A DNA stretch of 64,000 bases from Bacilli bacterium (GCA_016936415.1 JAFGXW010000122.1:16269-80268); one strand, 5' to 3'. Positions 18,180-27,953 are shown, counted from the first letter of the stretch. The notes: a model not told the origin generated them from the sequence alone. A program made the numbers and translations.

Positions 18180-20411
18180 TTATTTAGATAAAGCAGTTTG
18201 GTACGTATCGATTATATCGACTTCGTTACCATAAATATTCATTTTAATTCTTTTCGATGAAGATATCGTTATGACATCATCAACTTGTATATGCACTTTA
18301 CTACCTTGATAAACAATATTAAATTCATATCCCGAAATCTCTTTTAACTTAATAGGATAAATAGACAAACACTCAGAATGAATTCGCAATCCAACTATTC
18401 CAAAAACAAATCCAAGATACGATCCACCTAAGTTCGCAACATGTAATCCATGCTCTGTATTTTTGTGTGTATTTAAGTAATCAGTTTGCAGTACTTTTGT
18501 AAAATAATTATATGCAAGTTCTGTATTATTTAACTTAAATGCCATAATACTATAAATACATTTTGAAAGACTAGAGTCGTGTGTTGTTATTGGTTCATAA
18601 TAATTAAATGAGTCTTGGAGAATATCCATATCACTGTAGTCTAATAACATCATTGAAAGCATTGTATCTGCTTGTTTCAACACTTGATGTTTGTATAGGT
18701 ACAATGGATGGAAATTTAACAATAAAGGATATTTATCTTCAGGAATCTGTGTCAAATCCAAGCGCTTCTTTTTTAAGAATGAAGCGTCTTGTGCATAAAT
18801 ATTTAATTCCTTACTAAATGGTAAGTAAATTTGATCTGCTATGTCTTTCAAATCTCTTATAACCGATTCTTCAATACCTAACTTCTTTAGAACCCCATTT
18901 AATTCATTTTGATATTTTGGATAGAATTTAGATAAATATGTAAAATGGTATTGTAACATTTGATTTGTATAGTAATTATCGTCCACTACAGTTGTATACT
19001 CATCTGGACCAGTCACACCATTAAGATGATAGAAACCATCATTATAGTTCACTGCTTCTTTCAAAAACAAAGCTGTCTCTATCATCATTTCGAAACCATA
19101 CTTAATCATAAAGTCTAAATCATTTGATACCTCAAAATATTTGATAATTGCATATGCAATGTCACTATTAATATGAAATTGTGCACTTCCAGCAGGGTAA
19201 TAAGGTGAAGCTTCATCCCCATTAATTGTTCTCCATGGGAACTTTACACCCTTTGTATATCCCAAATTAATTGCTTCTTGCTTTGCTTGTTTCATGGTGT
19301 GATATCGATACATTAACAAATTTTTAGCTTTTTCTTGATTGGTTAATGTAAAGAAAGGAATCATGTAAATTTCTGTGTCCCAAAAATAATGTCCCTCGTA
19401 TCCCTCTCCACTTAATCCTTTGGCACTTATATTGTGAATATAATTCTCTCCACCACTACTATTTAATTGGAAAATATTATAATTTAAAAGTGCTTCAATA
19501 TTGTTATCACCGTGTACCTTAATATAGGCAATATCCCAGAATTTCTGATAGTACACTTTTTGTTTTTCAATAAGCTCAGTGATTGAAATTCCAGTTATTT
19601 CTGCTCGCAATTTCTTCAATCTATCCACAAAATTTTTGTCGTATAAATCAGAAGTATGTAAAATATATTTCGTAAGATTAATTACTTTATTATTGTGAAC
19701 TAGAAATTCTTTTTCAGCGATGATTGTACTTTGTTCAACCTTGCAATTTAGTTCTTCACTATGAACAATTGTTGAAGCAAGTGAAAGATTACTCTTTGTC
19801 GTTTGCGTGATTAACATAAAATCGTCTGGACTAATTTCCATAAATTTTAAATTAGAACCGTTCGTGTTATTAATTCTTGGATCATTCTTTTCAAATATCC
19901 ACTTTTTGGACTCTTGTAGAAAAGACTTTACAAGAACACTGCCTTCGAAATTATGACTCGATAATTCAACGTTAATTACGATTAATTCAGGGTAATCTCT
20001 ACTTGCGAATCTAGTTTCTTTTAAAACAAATTCTGGACCGCTTTTCATTCGATAATGAATATTTCTAATCGTAATTCCAAGTTCTAAATCATAAGTTCTT
20101 TCTAATGATAATACTTCACAATTTGTTATGTTTAATGGAGTTCCATCAACAATAAATTCTATTTTAGTTCCATCAAGTAAATTTACATTTTTTTGTCCTT
20201 TTTGCGGAAATCCCGTAAGATTTTCCTCATAGAAGTAATCGTAATGATTATAAAACCCATTTAAATACGTTTGATTATATTCGTAATTAGTTCCATATCC
20301 TTCTGTGAAAGATCCTCGAACTCCGAGATAACCATTGGCTGATGAAAAAATGGTTTCGTCTACAAGCAATTCAGTCTGAGTAAGTCGATTATTTCTAATT
20401 AATTTATCCAT
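18180..20411 (-). CDS. GH65 glycoside phosphorylase (maltose/kojibiose/nigerose/trehalose phosphorylase family)
   Basis: ~740 aa with the catalytic-acid context NGVTGPDEYT. Paired with beta-PGM. ATG 20411 has GGTGA upstream and overlaps the pgmB stop. Confidence 0.85.
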   Translation of the reverse strand: MDKLIRNNRLTQTELLVDETIFSSANGYLGVRGSFTEGYGTNYEYNQTYLNGFYNHYDYFYEENLTGFPQKGQKNVNLLDGTKIEFIVDGTPLNITNCEVLSLERTYDLELGITIRNIHYRMKSGPEFVLKETRFASRDYPELIVINVELSSHNFEGSVLVKSFLQESKKWIFEKNDPRINNTNGSNLKFMEISPDDFMLITQTTKSNLSLASTIVHSEELNCKVEQSTIIAEKEFLVHNNKVINLTKYILHTSDLYDKNFVDRLKKLRAEITGISITELIEKQKVYYQKFWDIAYIKVHGDNNIEALLNYNIFQLNSSGGENYIHNISAKGLSGEGYEGHYFWDTEIYMIPFFTLTNQEKAKNLLMYRYHTMKQAKQEAINLGYTKGVKFPWRTINGDEASPYYPAGSAQFHINSDIAYAIIKYFEVSNDLDFMIKYGFEMMIETALFLKEAVNYNDGFYHLNGVTGPDEYTTVVDDNYYTNQMLQYHFTYLSKFYPKYQNELNGVLKKLGIEESVIRDLKDIADQIYLPFSKELNIYAQDASFLKKKRLDLTQIPEDKYPLLLNFHPLYLYKHQVLKQADTMLSMMLLDYSDMDILQDSFNYYEPITTHDSSLSKCIYSIMAFKLNNTELAYNYFTKVLQTDYLNTHKNTEHGLHVANLGGSYLGFVFGIVGLRIHSECLSIYPIKLKEISGYEFNIVYQGSKVHIQVDDVITISSSKRIKMNIYGNEVDIIDTYQTALSK

Positions 20412-21081
20412 TATTATCACCAATTAACTGTTCCAAAAACTTAAAATCAATGCTTCCAACGCTATCGAATATGATGTCTGCGTTTTTTAATAACTTTTCA
20501 TTACCGATTCCAATCGCATACATATTTGCACTTTTAATGGCTTGAATCCCTGAAACAGCATCTTCAATTCCTACACACTCATCCGGCTGTAATTTAAAAT
20601 ATTCAGCAGCCTTACTAAATATGTCTGGATTTGGTTTGCCTGGAACCAAACTAGGATCAACTATATAATCGAAATAAGAATCAATCCCAGTGCTTTTTAT
20701 AATTGTTGGTCCGTTTTTTGATGCACTTCCGAGTGCTATCAAAATATTTTTTTGTTTCAAAAATTGTAGTAATTCAATAACCCCATTGAAAAGATTACTT
20801 TGATCAAAATTTTCGATCAATTCTTTATACAATTCATTTTTCTTGTACGCAAGTTCTTCTTTTTCTTGTTGTGTAATACTATCTTCTAAATGATATGATT
20901 CTAATATTTTATTTAAAGAGTCTATTCGTGAAACACCTTTTGTTTTTTCTTCAACTTCGTCAGCTACTTCAATATTGAATCTACTTTTAATAATGGCTTT
21001 CCAAGCTTGAAAATGCTCATCACTTGTTGAGGCAAGCACACCATCTAGATCAAAAATAAATAATTTCTTTTGATGATTCAA
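20404..21081 (-). CDS. pgmB: Beta-phosphoglucomutase (HAD superfamily)
   Basis: FIFDLDGVL, KGVSR, GSASKNG and GIEDAVSGIQAIK track the L. lactis beta-PGM pattern as I recall it. TTG start. Confidence 0.85.
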   Translation of the reverse strand: MNHQKKLFIFDLDGVLASTSDEHFQAWKAIIKSRFNIEVADEVEEKTKGVSRIDSLNKILESYHLEDSITQQEKEELAYKKNELYKELIENFDQSNLFNGVIELLQFLKQKNILIALGSASKNGPTIIKSTGIDSYFDYIVDPSLVPGKPNPDIFSKAAEYFKLQPDECVGIEDAVSGIQAIKSANMYAIGIGNEKLLKNADIIFDSVGSIDFKFLEQLIGDNNG

Positions 21082-21082
21082 A

Positions 21083-21940
21083 TTATTTAATTGCTCCAGA
21101 AGTCATACCTTTAATAATGTGTTTTTGAGCAAACAAGAAGAGAACTACAACAGGTGCTGCTGCCATCAATACAGATGTTAGAATCAAAGACCATTCTTTA
21201 TCGTAATTTCCTGCAAGCACAGAAACCGATAGAGGCAATGTTTGAATGTCTCCGCCTTTACCTAATATTAGTATTGGAAGTAGGTAATCATTCCAAATCC
21301 ACATACCATTCAGTACTAATAAAGTAACAAAGATCGGTTTTAAAATTGGTAAAATTATTTTAAAGAAGACTTGTGTTTTTGAACATCCATCAATAATTGC
21401 TGCTTCTTCTATATCCATCGGAATTGATTTAATAAATCCATGAAATAAGAAAACGCTTAACGGAGCACCAAATCCAATATATGCAAGTATAATTCCTAGG
21501 TAGGACGCTTTTAATTGAATCCCCGTAATGTCTTTTATCGTTTGCATTAGGCGAACAAGAGGCAACATTACTACTTGGAACGGTAAAACCATACCACTTA
21601 AGAAAATCATAAAGATAATTAGAGAATATTTCGTTTTTGTTCTAACAAGTACCCAAGCTGCCATCGCACTAAATACACCAATTGCAGCTAAACTAATTGT
21701 AGTAATAACCACTGAATCAAAGAATGAAGAAAAGTAATTAATATTATCTCTACCCATTATTTCAGCAATATTATCAAATATTTGAAACCAATTATCTGGT
21801 AATTTAATTGGGAAATTTTTAACTTCAATTGCATTTTTTGATGAATTCATAATGACTACAAAGAAAGGAGAGAAGAAAACCAATAACAATATAAATCCTA
21901 AAATTTCAAGGAATACTAACTTAATTTTTTTAGTAGCCAT
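21083..21940 (-). CDS. Sugar ABC transporter permease (MalG-like)
   Basis: 6 TM segments with the EAA loop region IEEAAIIDGCS. Confidence 0.85.
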   Translation of the reverse strand: MATKKIKLVFLEILGFILLLVFFSPFFVVIMNSSKNAIEVKNFPIKLPDNWFQIFDNIAEIMGRDNINYFSSFFDSVVITTISLAAIGVFSAMAAWVLVRTKTKYSLIIFMIFLSGMVLPFQVVMLPLVRLMQTIKDITGIQLKASYLGIILAYIGFGAPLSVFLFHGFIKSIPMDIEEAAIIDGCSKTQVFFKIILPILKPIFVTLLVLNGMWIWNDYLLPILILGKGGDIQTLPLSVSVLAGNYDKEWSLILTSVLMAAAPVVVLFLFAQKHIIKGMTSGAIK

Positions 21941-23070
21941 TATAATTCCACCTCTTTCTTTTTATTATAATAAACTTGAATAAGAGAGATGACGAGTAAA
22001 ATCAAGAAGAATACAATAGCTTTTGCTTGTCCAATACCCATATTATAATTAACAAAAGCTTCATTATAGATATTAATTGCAACTAAGTCAGTTGATTGAA
22101 CAACAGGTAATAAATTTAATCCATATATATTACCTATCCACTCTGGAAGAACAAATGCTGGTCCACCTTGTGTCAAACTGATGACAGTATCAAATTGTTT
22201 AAATGCTGTAACAAGTGTTAAGAACATTGCCACAGTGAAGGCTTGTGCAACCAATGGGAAAGTTATATTTCTAAACTTTTGCCATGAATTAGCACCATCT
22301 ATTTCACTAGCTTCAACTAAATCTTGTGGTATATTTTGAATCGCTGCGATATAAATCATCATGATGTATCCTGCATATTGCCAAGTAACAACAATCAACA
22401 ATGATAAAAAGGCAGTGTTTCCATTGATTAAAAGACTTGGAGAGAAAACGCCTCCCATTTGAACAATAACCTTATCAACAATAAATTTCCAAATGTAACC
22501 AAGGACTAATCCCCCAATTAGATTGGGCATGAAGAATCCGGCACGATATACATTTTTCAATTTTAAATTTTGTGTAACAAGAGTAGCCAAACTAAATGCA
22601 ACAACATTTATCAAAGCAATATTCAAAATAGCATAAATCGCAGTTCTTAGGAATGAAAATCCAAATTCATAATCTAAGAAAATCGTTTTATAATTTATCA
22701 AGCCAATAAATGATGGATCATTCAGACCAGTCCAGTCAGTCATTGAGAAGTAAATACCTTGAATAAATGGTAACGCAACAAATAGTAAGAACGCACCTAG
22801 TGCAGGAAATAAGAAATAGACAAACACACGATTGTTTTGCGCTTGGTATGTTTCACCAATCCAATTATCGATTAGATATCTCCCAACTGAATTTCTTTCC
22901 TTTTTAGGATCAAAATACAATATTTTGGCTTTAAATATTTTTTCGATGATTCGAATCAAAGAAAAAATTGGTAGCAATAAAATCGTCAAAACAGTAATTG
23001 CGAAGAATCCAAGTTTAATTCCTACTCGCTTTAAACCTTTAAGAAAATCGTTCATAACCCACCTCTTCAT
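21940..23070 (-). CDS. Sugar ABC transporter permease (MalF-like, N-terminal extension)
   Basis: EAA loop LVEASEIDGAN. The alternative start ATG 23055 has the better GAGGTG. Confidence 0.8.
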   Translation of the reverse strand: MKRWVMNDFLKGLKRVGIKLGFFAITVLTILLLPIFSLIRIIEKIFKAKILYFDPKKERNSVGRYLIDNWIGETYQAQNNRVFVYFLFPALGAFLLFVALPFIQGIYFSMTDWTGLNDPSFIGLINYKTIFLDYEFGFSFLRTAIYAILNIALINVVAFSLATLVTQNLKLKNVYRAGFFMPNLIGGLVLGYIWKFIVDKVIVQMGGVFSPSLLINGNTAFLSLLIVVTWQYAGYIMMIYIAAIQNIPQDLVEASEIDGANSWQKFRNITFPLVAQAFTVAMFLTLVTAFKQFDTVISLTQGGPAFVLPEWIGNIYGLNLLPVVQSTDLVAINIYNEAFVNYNMGIGQAKAIVFFLILLVISLIQVYYNKKKEVEL

Positions 23071-23072
23071 CT

Positions 23073-24539
23073 TTATCTAAATTGTTTTTTTATTATCTCA
23101 ACATCAATTGTTGTTTTTTCTGGATTTAAAAAATAATCATCAATTACAACTGTTTCATTCTTTTTTACTGCTATGGTCTCTTTAATCGCATTTAAATACA
23201 ATTTAGCAGTTACCAACCATGTATACTTTTCCACAACACGTCTCATACCTTGCTTTTTAAAGTACTCATAATTATTCAGTGCTTTAAGCAATCCTGAAGC
23301 AATATCGTTTTCATCAAAAGCATCTACCAAAACACCAAAGAACTCATTATTTTCCTCCAAAACTTCACTTGGACCACCATACTTAGTTACTACGGCTGGT
23401 AATCCGGTACTCATCGCTTCAATCGGAGCAAGTCCAAATGGTTCATATAGCGCAGTTAACGTAAAGATACTTTTTCTTTTGGTTAGATATCGATATGTAT
23501 CTGCCAGTTCACTTTGTGAGTTAATACTGAAGAACGTTATCTTTCCAAACAGATTCTTATCTTGAATAATCTGAAAAACTTCATCTAAGATGTTTTTCTC
23601 TTCAAGAGAACTATTACTATAGTCTTCAAAGGCATTTTGAATTCCTCTTACAGATATCAATAAGTTCGCTTGTGATTGTAATTCTTCATTATTCGCATAT
23701 GCTTTAACAAGTCCCAAATGATTTTTCTTTGGATCAAGTCTGCTTGCAGAAATAATGAACGGTAATTCTCTTCTCTTTTCAGAGATGTCTCTTTGTATTA
23801 TATTTTCTATTCTAATAATCATTTCTTCCTCAACGTTATTACCCGAGTATGGGGCAAACACTTTTGTGTTAGCCCCTGGTGGGGTAATAATAAATTTAAG
23901 AGGATTCGAATTATTAGTTGTGCTCAAATAAAGTGGATGTGTGTATTGTTCTGTTTTTTCTTGTGATGTTGAAACAAAGATCAAATCACTATATTGTATA
24001 GCAAATCTCTCAGCCATTATTCTTTTTGTAAATTGGTATTTTTGATCAAGTTGCTCTATATTGTTTAGTGTCGCACCTAGTTTATCTAGCTTTTGTGCGC
24101 CTAAACTATGTCCAGTAAATGAGAATCCAATATTTAATTTTGATTTTAAAATTGCACAAGCTAATCCGCCATCGCCATAGTGCCCAGTCATGAAGTCAAA
24201 CATAGTTTTTTCATTATCATAAAAGTGAATAATATTATCTGTCCATTCATTCAAGTGTTCCCATAACAATTCTTTATTTAAAAATTTATTTGGTCCACAA
24301 GGAATTCGAATGATTCTTAAATTATCGAACCCTTCATATCCATCTATTTCATCTTTGAATTCCGGGAAATTAGGATCATCAAATCTTCTAGTAATGATAT
24401 CAATCTTATGTCCCAAGCTGGCCATTGAACAAGCAATTTCTTTTACGTAAACCAATTGTCCACCAAAATCAGGATGCATTGTCCAGTATGAATCTTTTTT
24501 ATCAAAATTCCCTTGAGGGTTCAAAAATACGATATGCAT
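23073..24539 (-). CDS. Sucrose-phosphate-synthase-like GT4 glycosyltransferase (GT-B fold)
   Basis: N-terminus MHIVFLNPQGNFDKKDSYWTMHPDFGGQLVYVKE matches my recollection of bacterial SPS (Halothermothrix type). Also has the GT4 C-terminal EPFGLAPIEAMSTGLPAVVT. No SPP domain. Confidence 0.7.
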   Translation of the reverse strand: MHIVFLNPQGNFDKKDSYWTMHPDFGGQLVYVKEIACSMASLGHKIDIITRRFDDPNFPEFKDEIDGYEGFDNLRIIRIPCGPNKFLNKELLWEHLNEWTDNIIHFYDNEKTMFDFMTGHYGDGGLACAILKSKLNIGFSFTGHSLGAQKLDKLGATLNNIEQLDQKYQFTKRIMAERFAIQYSDLIFVSTSQEKTEQYTHPLYLSTTNNSNPLKFIITPPGANTKVFAPYSGNNVEEEMIIRIENIIQRDISEKRRELPFIISASRLDPKKNHLGLVKAYANNEELQSQANLLISVRGIQNAFEDYSNSSLEEKNILDEVFQIIQDKNLFGKITFFSINSQSELADTYRYLTKRKSIFTLTALYEPFGLAPIEAMSTGLPAVVTKYGGPSEVLEENNEFFGVLVDAFDENDIASGLLKALNNYEYFKKQGMRRVVEKYTWLVTAKLYLNAIKETIAVKKNETVVIDDYFLNPEKTTIDVEIIKKQFR

Positions 24540-24547
24540 AACATCAC

Positions 24548-25489
24548 CTATTTCTCTAAAATTTTTCTAATTTCCGTATATTCCGGAAACTCACAATGTG
24601 AGCCAACATTTTTTAAGTTATACGCACTACATAACAGCCCAATTTTCATAGCATCAAGTAGTGATTCTTCATGGATAATTCCACTATATAATCCACTCCA
24701 GAATGCATCTCCTGCACCTGTAGCATCAATGATTTCTGTAGCGAGAGACGGTAATTCAACCATTTCATTTCCAACACCAGCGAGCAAACCATCTTTCCCT
24801 AATGTCATTATCACAATTTTGCATCCTTGATCTTGAAATTTGCGTAAGTATTCTTCTTTCTGATACCCAGCACCAAAAATTCTTACCGCATCATCAAGAC
24901 TAGGCTTAATAATATCTACGTCTTTCAAAATACTTTTTATAAATTGTATATCGTTTCCATTTGATTGATCTAAATCTACATGGTAATTTGGATCAAAACC
25001 GATTAAAACACCATTACTTTTTGCGACTTCAATCGCCTTCAATATCGTAGACTTCGCAGGATCACTAGACAATGGCCAATACGAGAAATGTAATATTTTT
25101 GTGTGTTTCACTTCTTGTTCCATTTCGGATGTCCAATAAATATGATAATCTGAAGAACGAATAAATTTTGGTAACGGAGTACCTGAAGCTTTATTGATTT
25201 CTACAATAGTAGTATCTTTTTTTACAGTTCTTATGTATGATATATTCACTTTCTTTTCCAATAAATTGTTTTTTAAAAAACTTCCAATTTCATCATTTCC
25301 TACTGTTCCAAAAAATAATGGCGACACAGCAAGTGATTTTAAGTTTAACGCTATATTAGCAGTGCTTCCTCCAAATACTTCAACAGTACTTAGAGAAACA
25401 TCATCTTTAATTCGATCAACTAATATTTCCCCAATTAAAACAATATCAGAACGAAATTCAGGAAAAACAATTTTATTTTCGAGTGTCAT
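24548..25489 (-). CDS. PfkB-family carbohydrate kinase (probable fructokinase)
   Basis: DATGAGDAFWSG anion-hole motif and GG dipeptide (VFGGSTANIA). ATG 25489 has AAGGAG 8 nt upstream. The longer ORF reads into the promoter. Confidence 0.8.
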   Translation of the reverse strand: MTLENKIVFPEFRSDIVLIGEILVDRIKDDVSLSTVEVFGGSTANIALNLKSLAVSPLFFGTVGNDEIGSFLKNNLLEKKVNISYIRTVKKDTTIVEINKASGTPLPKFIRSSDYHIYWTSEMEQEVKHTKILHFSYWPLSSDPAKSTILKAIEVAKSNGVLIGFDPNYHVDLDQSNGNDIQFIKSILKDVDIIKPSLDDAVRIFGAGYQKEEYLRKFQDQGCKIVIMTLGKDGLLAGVGNEMVELPSLATEIIDATGAGDAFWSGLYSGIIHEESLLDAMKIGLLCSAYNLKNVGSHCEFPEYTEIRKILEK

Positions 25490-25511
25490 ACATAAACTCC
25501 TTTCAAAGTAA

Positions 25512-25604
25512 GGAAAGGTTTCCACATTCTTATAAAAAAATATATACAGTCTGAAAAGGTATAAAATGTAAGAAACCGCCCAGTTAAAGTGAAAACCTTT
25601 CCAC
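25512..25604 (-). promoter_or_regulatory. Putative sugar-operon promoter (TTTTCA-17-TATAAG) flanked by two related pseudo-palindromes
   Basis: -10 at 25529-25534 and -35 at 25552-25557. O1 is TGTGGAAACCTTTCC (25512-25526, over the predicted TSS). O2 is GTGGAAAGGTTTTCAC (25589-25604). Both are read on the minus strand. Confidence 0.35.
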
Positions 25605-25611
25605 ACAGCCC

Positions 25612-25656
25612 TAAAAAAAATAAAGGTGCTAATTCAAAACAAATTATAGCACCTTT
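25612..25656 (-). terminator. Terminator after the LacI-family regulator gene
   Basis: Stem aaaggtgct/agcaccttt with an 8-nt A-run on the plus strand to its left. Confidence 0.75.
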
Positions 25657-25670
25657 TGTAAGCGTTGTCA
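25657..25670. promoter_or_regulatory. Perfect-consensus cre box TGTAAGCGTTGTCA
   Basis: 14/14 match to TGWAANCGNTNWCA. Lies between the regulator stop codon and its terminator. Confidence 0.45.
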
Positions 25671-25720
25671 ATTACCTAATTTTTAGATAAACTTTTATGT
25701 AACCAGTTACCTACGCCTTG

Positions 25721-26701
25721 TTAAGCGGTTTCTCCTTCTGAAAAATAAATTGGAATAATTTTATCTTCCACGGTTGATTTATTATAAAAACTGGATATGC
25801 TTTCACCAATCGCTTTTGCAATTAATTGTGGATTTTGTCCAATTGATGTGATTCGCTTCCCTAAATTGATAAAACTTCTTCCTCCATCAAATCCGATTAC
25901 TTTCACATCTTCAGGGACTCTTTTTCCATTTTTTTCAAGTTCTTTAATGACAGCCCAAGCAACTGCATCTGAGATAGTAAAAATCCCATCTACATCCATG
26001 TGACCAGTTAACATGTCGTGTACTTCTTCTGTACTAACCATATAATTCCCAAGAGGATACTCAATATTTACTACATTGTCAATTCCTACAGAGTGCAAAT
26101 ACTCTCTAAACCCAATTCTTCTCTTTGTTACTTCCGTAATTACAGGAGTTGAATCACCTTGTGCATCATCACCAATAAACATAAAATTCTTACATCCAAG
26201 TTCAAGTAATTTTTTTGCTGCCATTACTCCTCCTTGATAATTATCACTCGCCACATATGGCACACCTTCAAATCGTCTATCAAAAGAAATAACCCTTAAA
26301 TTTTTATCAAGATACTTTTCAATATCGTTATTTGTTAATAAAATCAATGCATCAACACGATTGTTTTTTAACATATCTAGATAGACAAGTTCTTTCTCAA
26401 GCTGTTCACTTGAGTTACAAATCATTACTTTATATCCATATTCAAATAATTCCTCTTCAACGTAATATAGTAGTTCTCCAAAAAACAAATGCGTACTATT
26501 GGGTAAAACAAAAGCAACTATATTATTCTTTTGAAGCGTCATACTTCTCGCTATTTCATTTGGCATATAATTGATTTCTTTAATCACTTTTTCAATTTTA
26601 AGCCTTGTTTCAGATTTCACATAACCTGAATTGTTGATAACTCTAGATACAGTAGCAATACCTACTCCAGCTTTTTTAGCTACGTCTTTTATATTTGCCA
26701 T
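25721..26701 (-). CDS. LacI-family transcriptional regulator
   Basis: HTH MANIKDVAKKAGVGIATVSRVIN plus a periplasmic-binding-protein-like sugar domain. Confidence 0.9.
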   Translation of the reverse strand: MANIKDVAKKAGVGIATVSRVINNSGYVKSETRLKIEKVIKEINYMPNEIARSMTLQKNNIVAFVLPNSTHLFFGELLYYVEEELFEYGYKVMICNSSEQLEKELVYLDMLKNNRVDALILLTNNDIEKYLDKNLRVISFDRRFEGVPYVASDNYQGGVMAAKKLLELGCKNFMFIGDDAQGDSTPVITEVTKRRIGFREYLHSVGIDNVVNIEYPLGNYMVSTEEVHDMLTGHMDVDGIFTISDAVAWAVIKELEKNGKRVPEDVKVIGFDGGRSFINLGKRITSIGQNPQLIAKAIGESISSFYNKSTVEDKIIPIYFSEGETA

Positions 26702-26749
26702 AAAGACACCTCACTCTTTAATCCAAAACTTATTATACTCCATAACAAG

Positions 26750-26797
26750 ACAAATAAAAAGGAAAATGTGGAAACAAATTTAATTGTTTCCACATTT
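26750..26797 (-). terminator. Terminator after the BASS-family permease gene
   Basis: 14-bp stem aaatgtggaaacaa/ttgtttccacattt, then a T-rich tract on the minus strand. Confidence 0.75.
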
Positions 26798-26838
26798 ATA
26801 TATTTAGCATTAATCTTTATTTTTTTAATAAAAAATAA

Positions 26839-27792
26839 CTATTTTTTAAATATGTATTTTGAAAATTTTATATTCCAAGCAGCGATTTGAACTTGTAAGA
26901 CATAAGCAATCGCTATTAATACCGCAGCAATTCCAGCATTCGGAAAAGCAGACAAAACAATCGCTAAAGCGAGTGATAAATTTCTAATAAATGATCCATT
27001 TACTAACGCAATTCCTTCTTCATTAGAAAAGAATGTTTTCGCAAAAAATATACTTACAGCAAACATTAAAAAGTAAAATAGTAATAAAGGAAATATAATT
27101 CTAAGTAATAATTCTGGATTGTTTACGATTACTTTTGCTTTAAGTGATACCGCTACAAAAATCATGATTACCACACCCAAAGTACTAAATAATGGAAACT
27201 TAGGTTTTATCTGTTTATGAAATACTTCTGTCGAATAACGTTTCATTAAAATCTTTTGTGTGATATAAGCAACGATGAGAGGGATGAACACTACAATGAT
27301 AATCTGAGTGAATATTGTCATAAAAGGAACATCTACTTCAGTTCCCAACAAAACTGTAATAAATAATGGTGTTAATACCGCACCTAACATTAACCCAATG
27401 ACAACCATCTTAATAACTTCATGAACATTTCCTTTGGCCATTGCAGTCCAGCTAATTGACATACCACTTGTTGGCAACAAAGCAATCAACAATAATCCCA
27501 GTCTTAAATATGGCTCTTGTAAAAAAAAGGCATATCCCACAGCATAGGCTAACAAAGGGAAAACTACAAAATTTATGATTTGAGTTGATGCTTGTAATTT
27601 ATAATTGGTTTTTTCAAGTAAACTATGAAAATTCAACGTCACCAACATTGGATAAACCAGTAAAAATGTGAGAGGTAGTATTAGATTTTTTAATTTTGAG
27701 ACATCAAAAAAGTATCCAATCACTATTCCAAACAACATGGAAAGTAGAATACTTAAAATTAAGTTATTTTTTATCCATAATAGTAGTTTCAT
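26839..27792 (-). CDS. Bile acid:Na+ symporter / ACR3-like (BASS superfamily) permease
   Basis: ~10 TM segments. The N-terminal pattern and length are typical of BASS/arsenical-resistance-3-like carriers. ATG 27792 has AGGAG upstream. Confidence 0.6.
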   Translation of the reverse strand: MKLLLWIKNNLILSILLSMLFGIVIGYFFDVSKLKNLILPLTFLLVYPMLVTLNFHSLLEKTNYKLQASTQIINFVVFPLLAYAVGYAFFLQEPYLRLGLLLIALLPTSGMSISWTAMAKGNVHEVIKMVVIGLMLGAVLTPLFITVLLGTEVDVPFMTIFTQIIIVVFIPLIVAYITQKILMKRYSTEVFHKQIKPKFPLFSTLGVVIMIFVAVSLKAKVIVNNPELLLRIIFPLLLFYFLMFAVSIFFAKTFFSNEEGIALVNGSFIRNLSLALAIVLSAFPNAGIAAVLIAIAYVLQVQIAAWNIKFSKYIFKK

Positions 27793-27913
27793 TTTTTCAT
27801 CTCCTGTCTTAACAAATTTACCAAACAATTTCATTTAAAACAAATGTTATGCATCATAAGTTTGTATAGGAACTAAATGAATAATATTTACTATGTTTTA
27901 ACTAAAAACCAAT

Positions 27914-27949
27914 TAAAAAGCGTACAACATGAAACTGCAGTACGCTTTT
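27914..27949 (-). terminator. Terminator after the Ca-ATPase gene
   Basis: Stem aaagcgtac/gtacgcttt with a 14-nt loop. Confidence 0.6.
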
Positions 27950-27953
27950 AATA

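Noticed and set aside
25486-25671. 61-aa minus-strand ORF across the sugar-operon control region.
   Set aside because: It covers the regulator terminator, the predicted promoter and the operator-like repeats, and has no SD.
26764-26797. TGTGGAAA/TTTCCACA words shared between this hairpin and the O1/O2 boxes of the sugar operon, considered as a possible dispersed regulatory repeat.
   Set aside because: Here the words form the stem of a canonical terminator after the BASS permease gene. Sharing an 8-mer in AT-rich DNA is not significant on its own.
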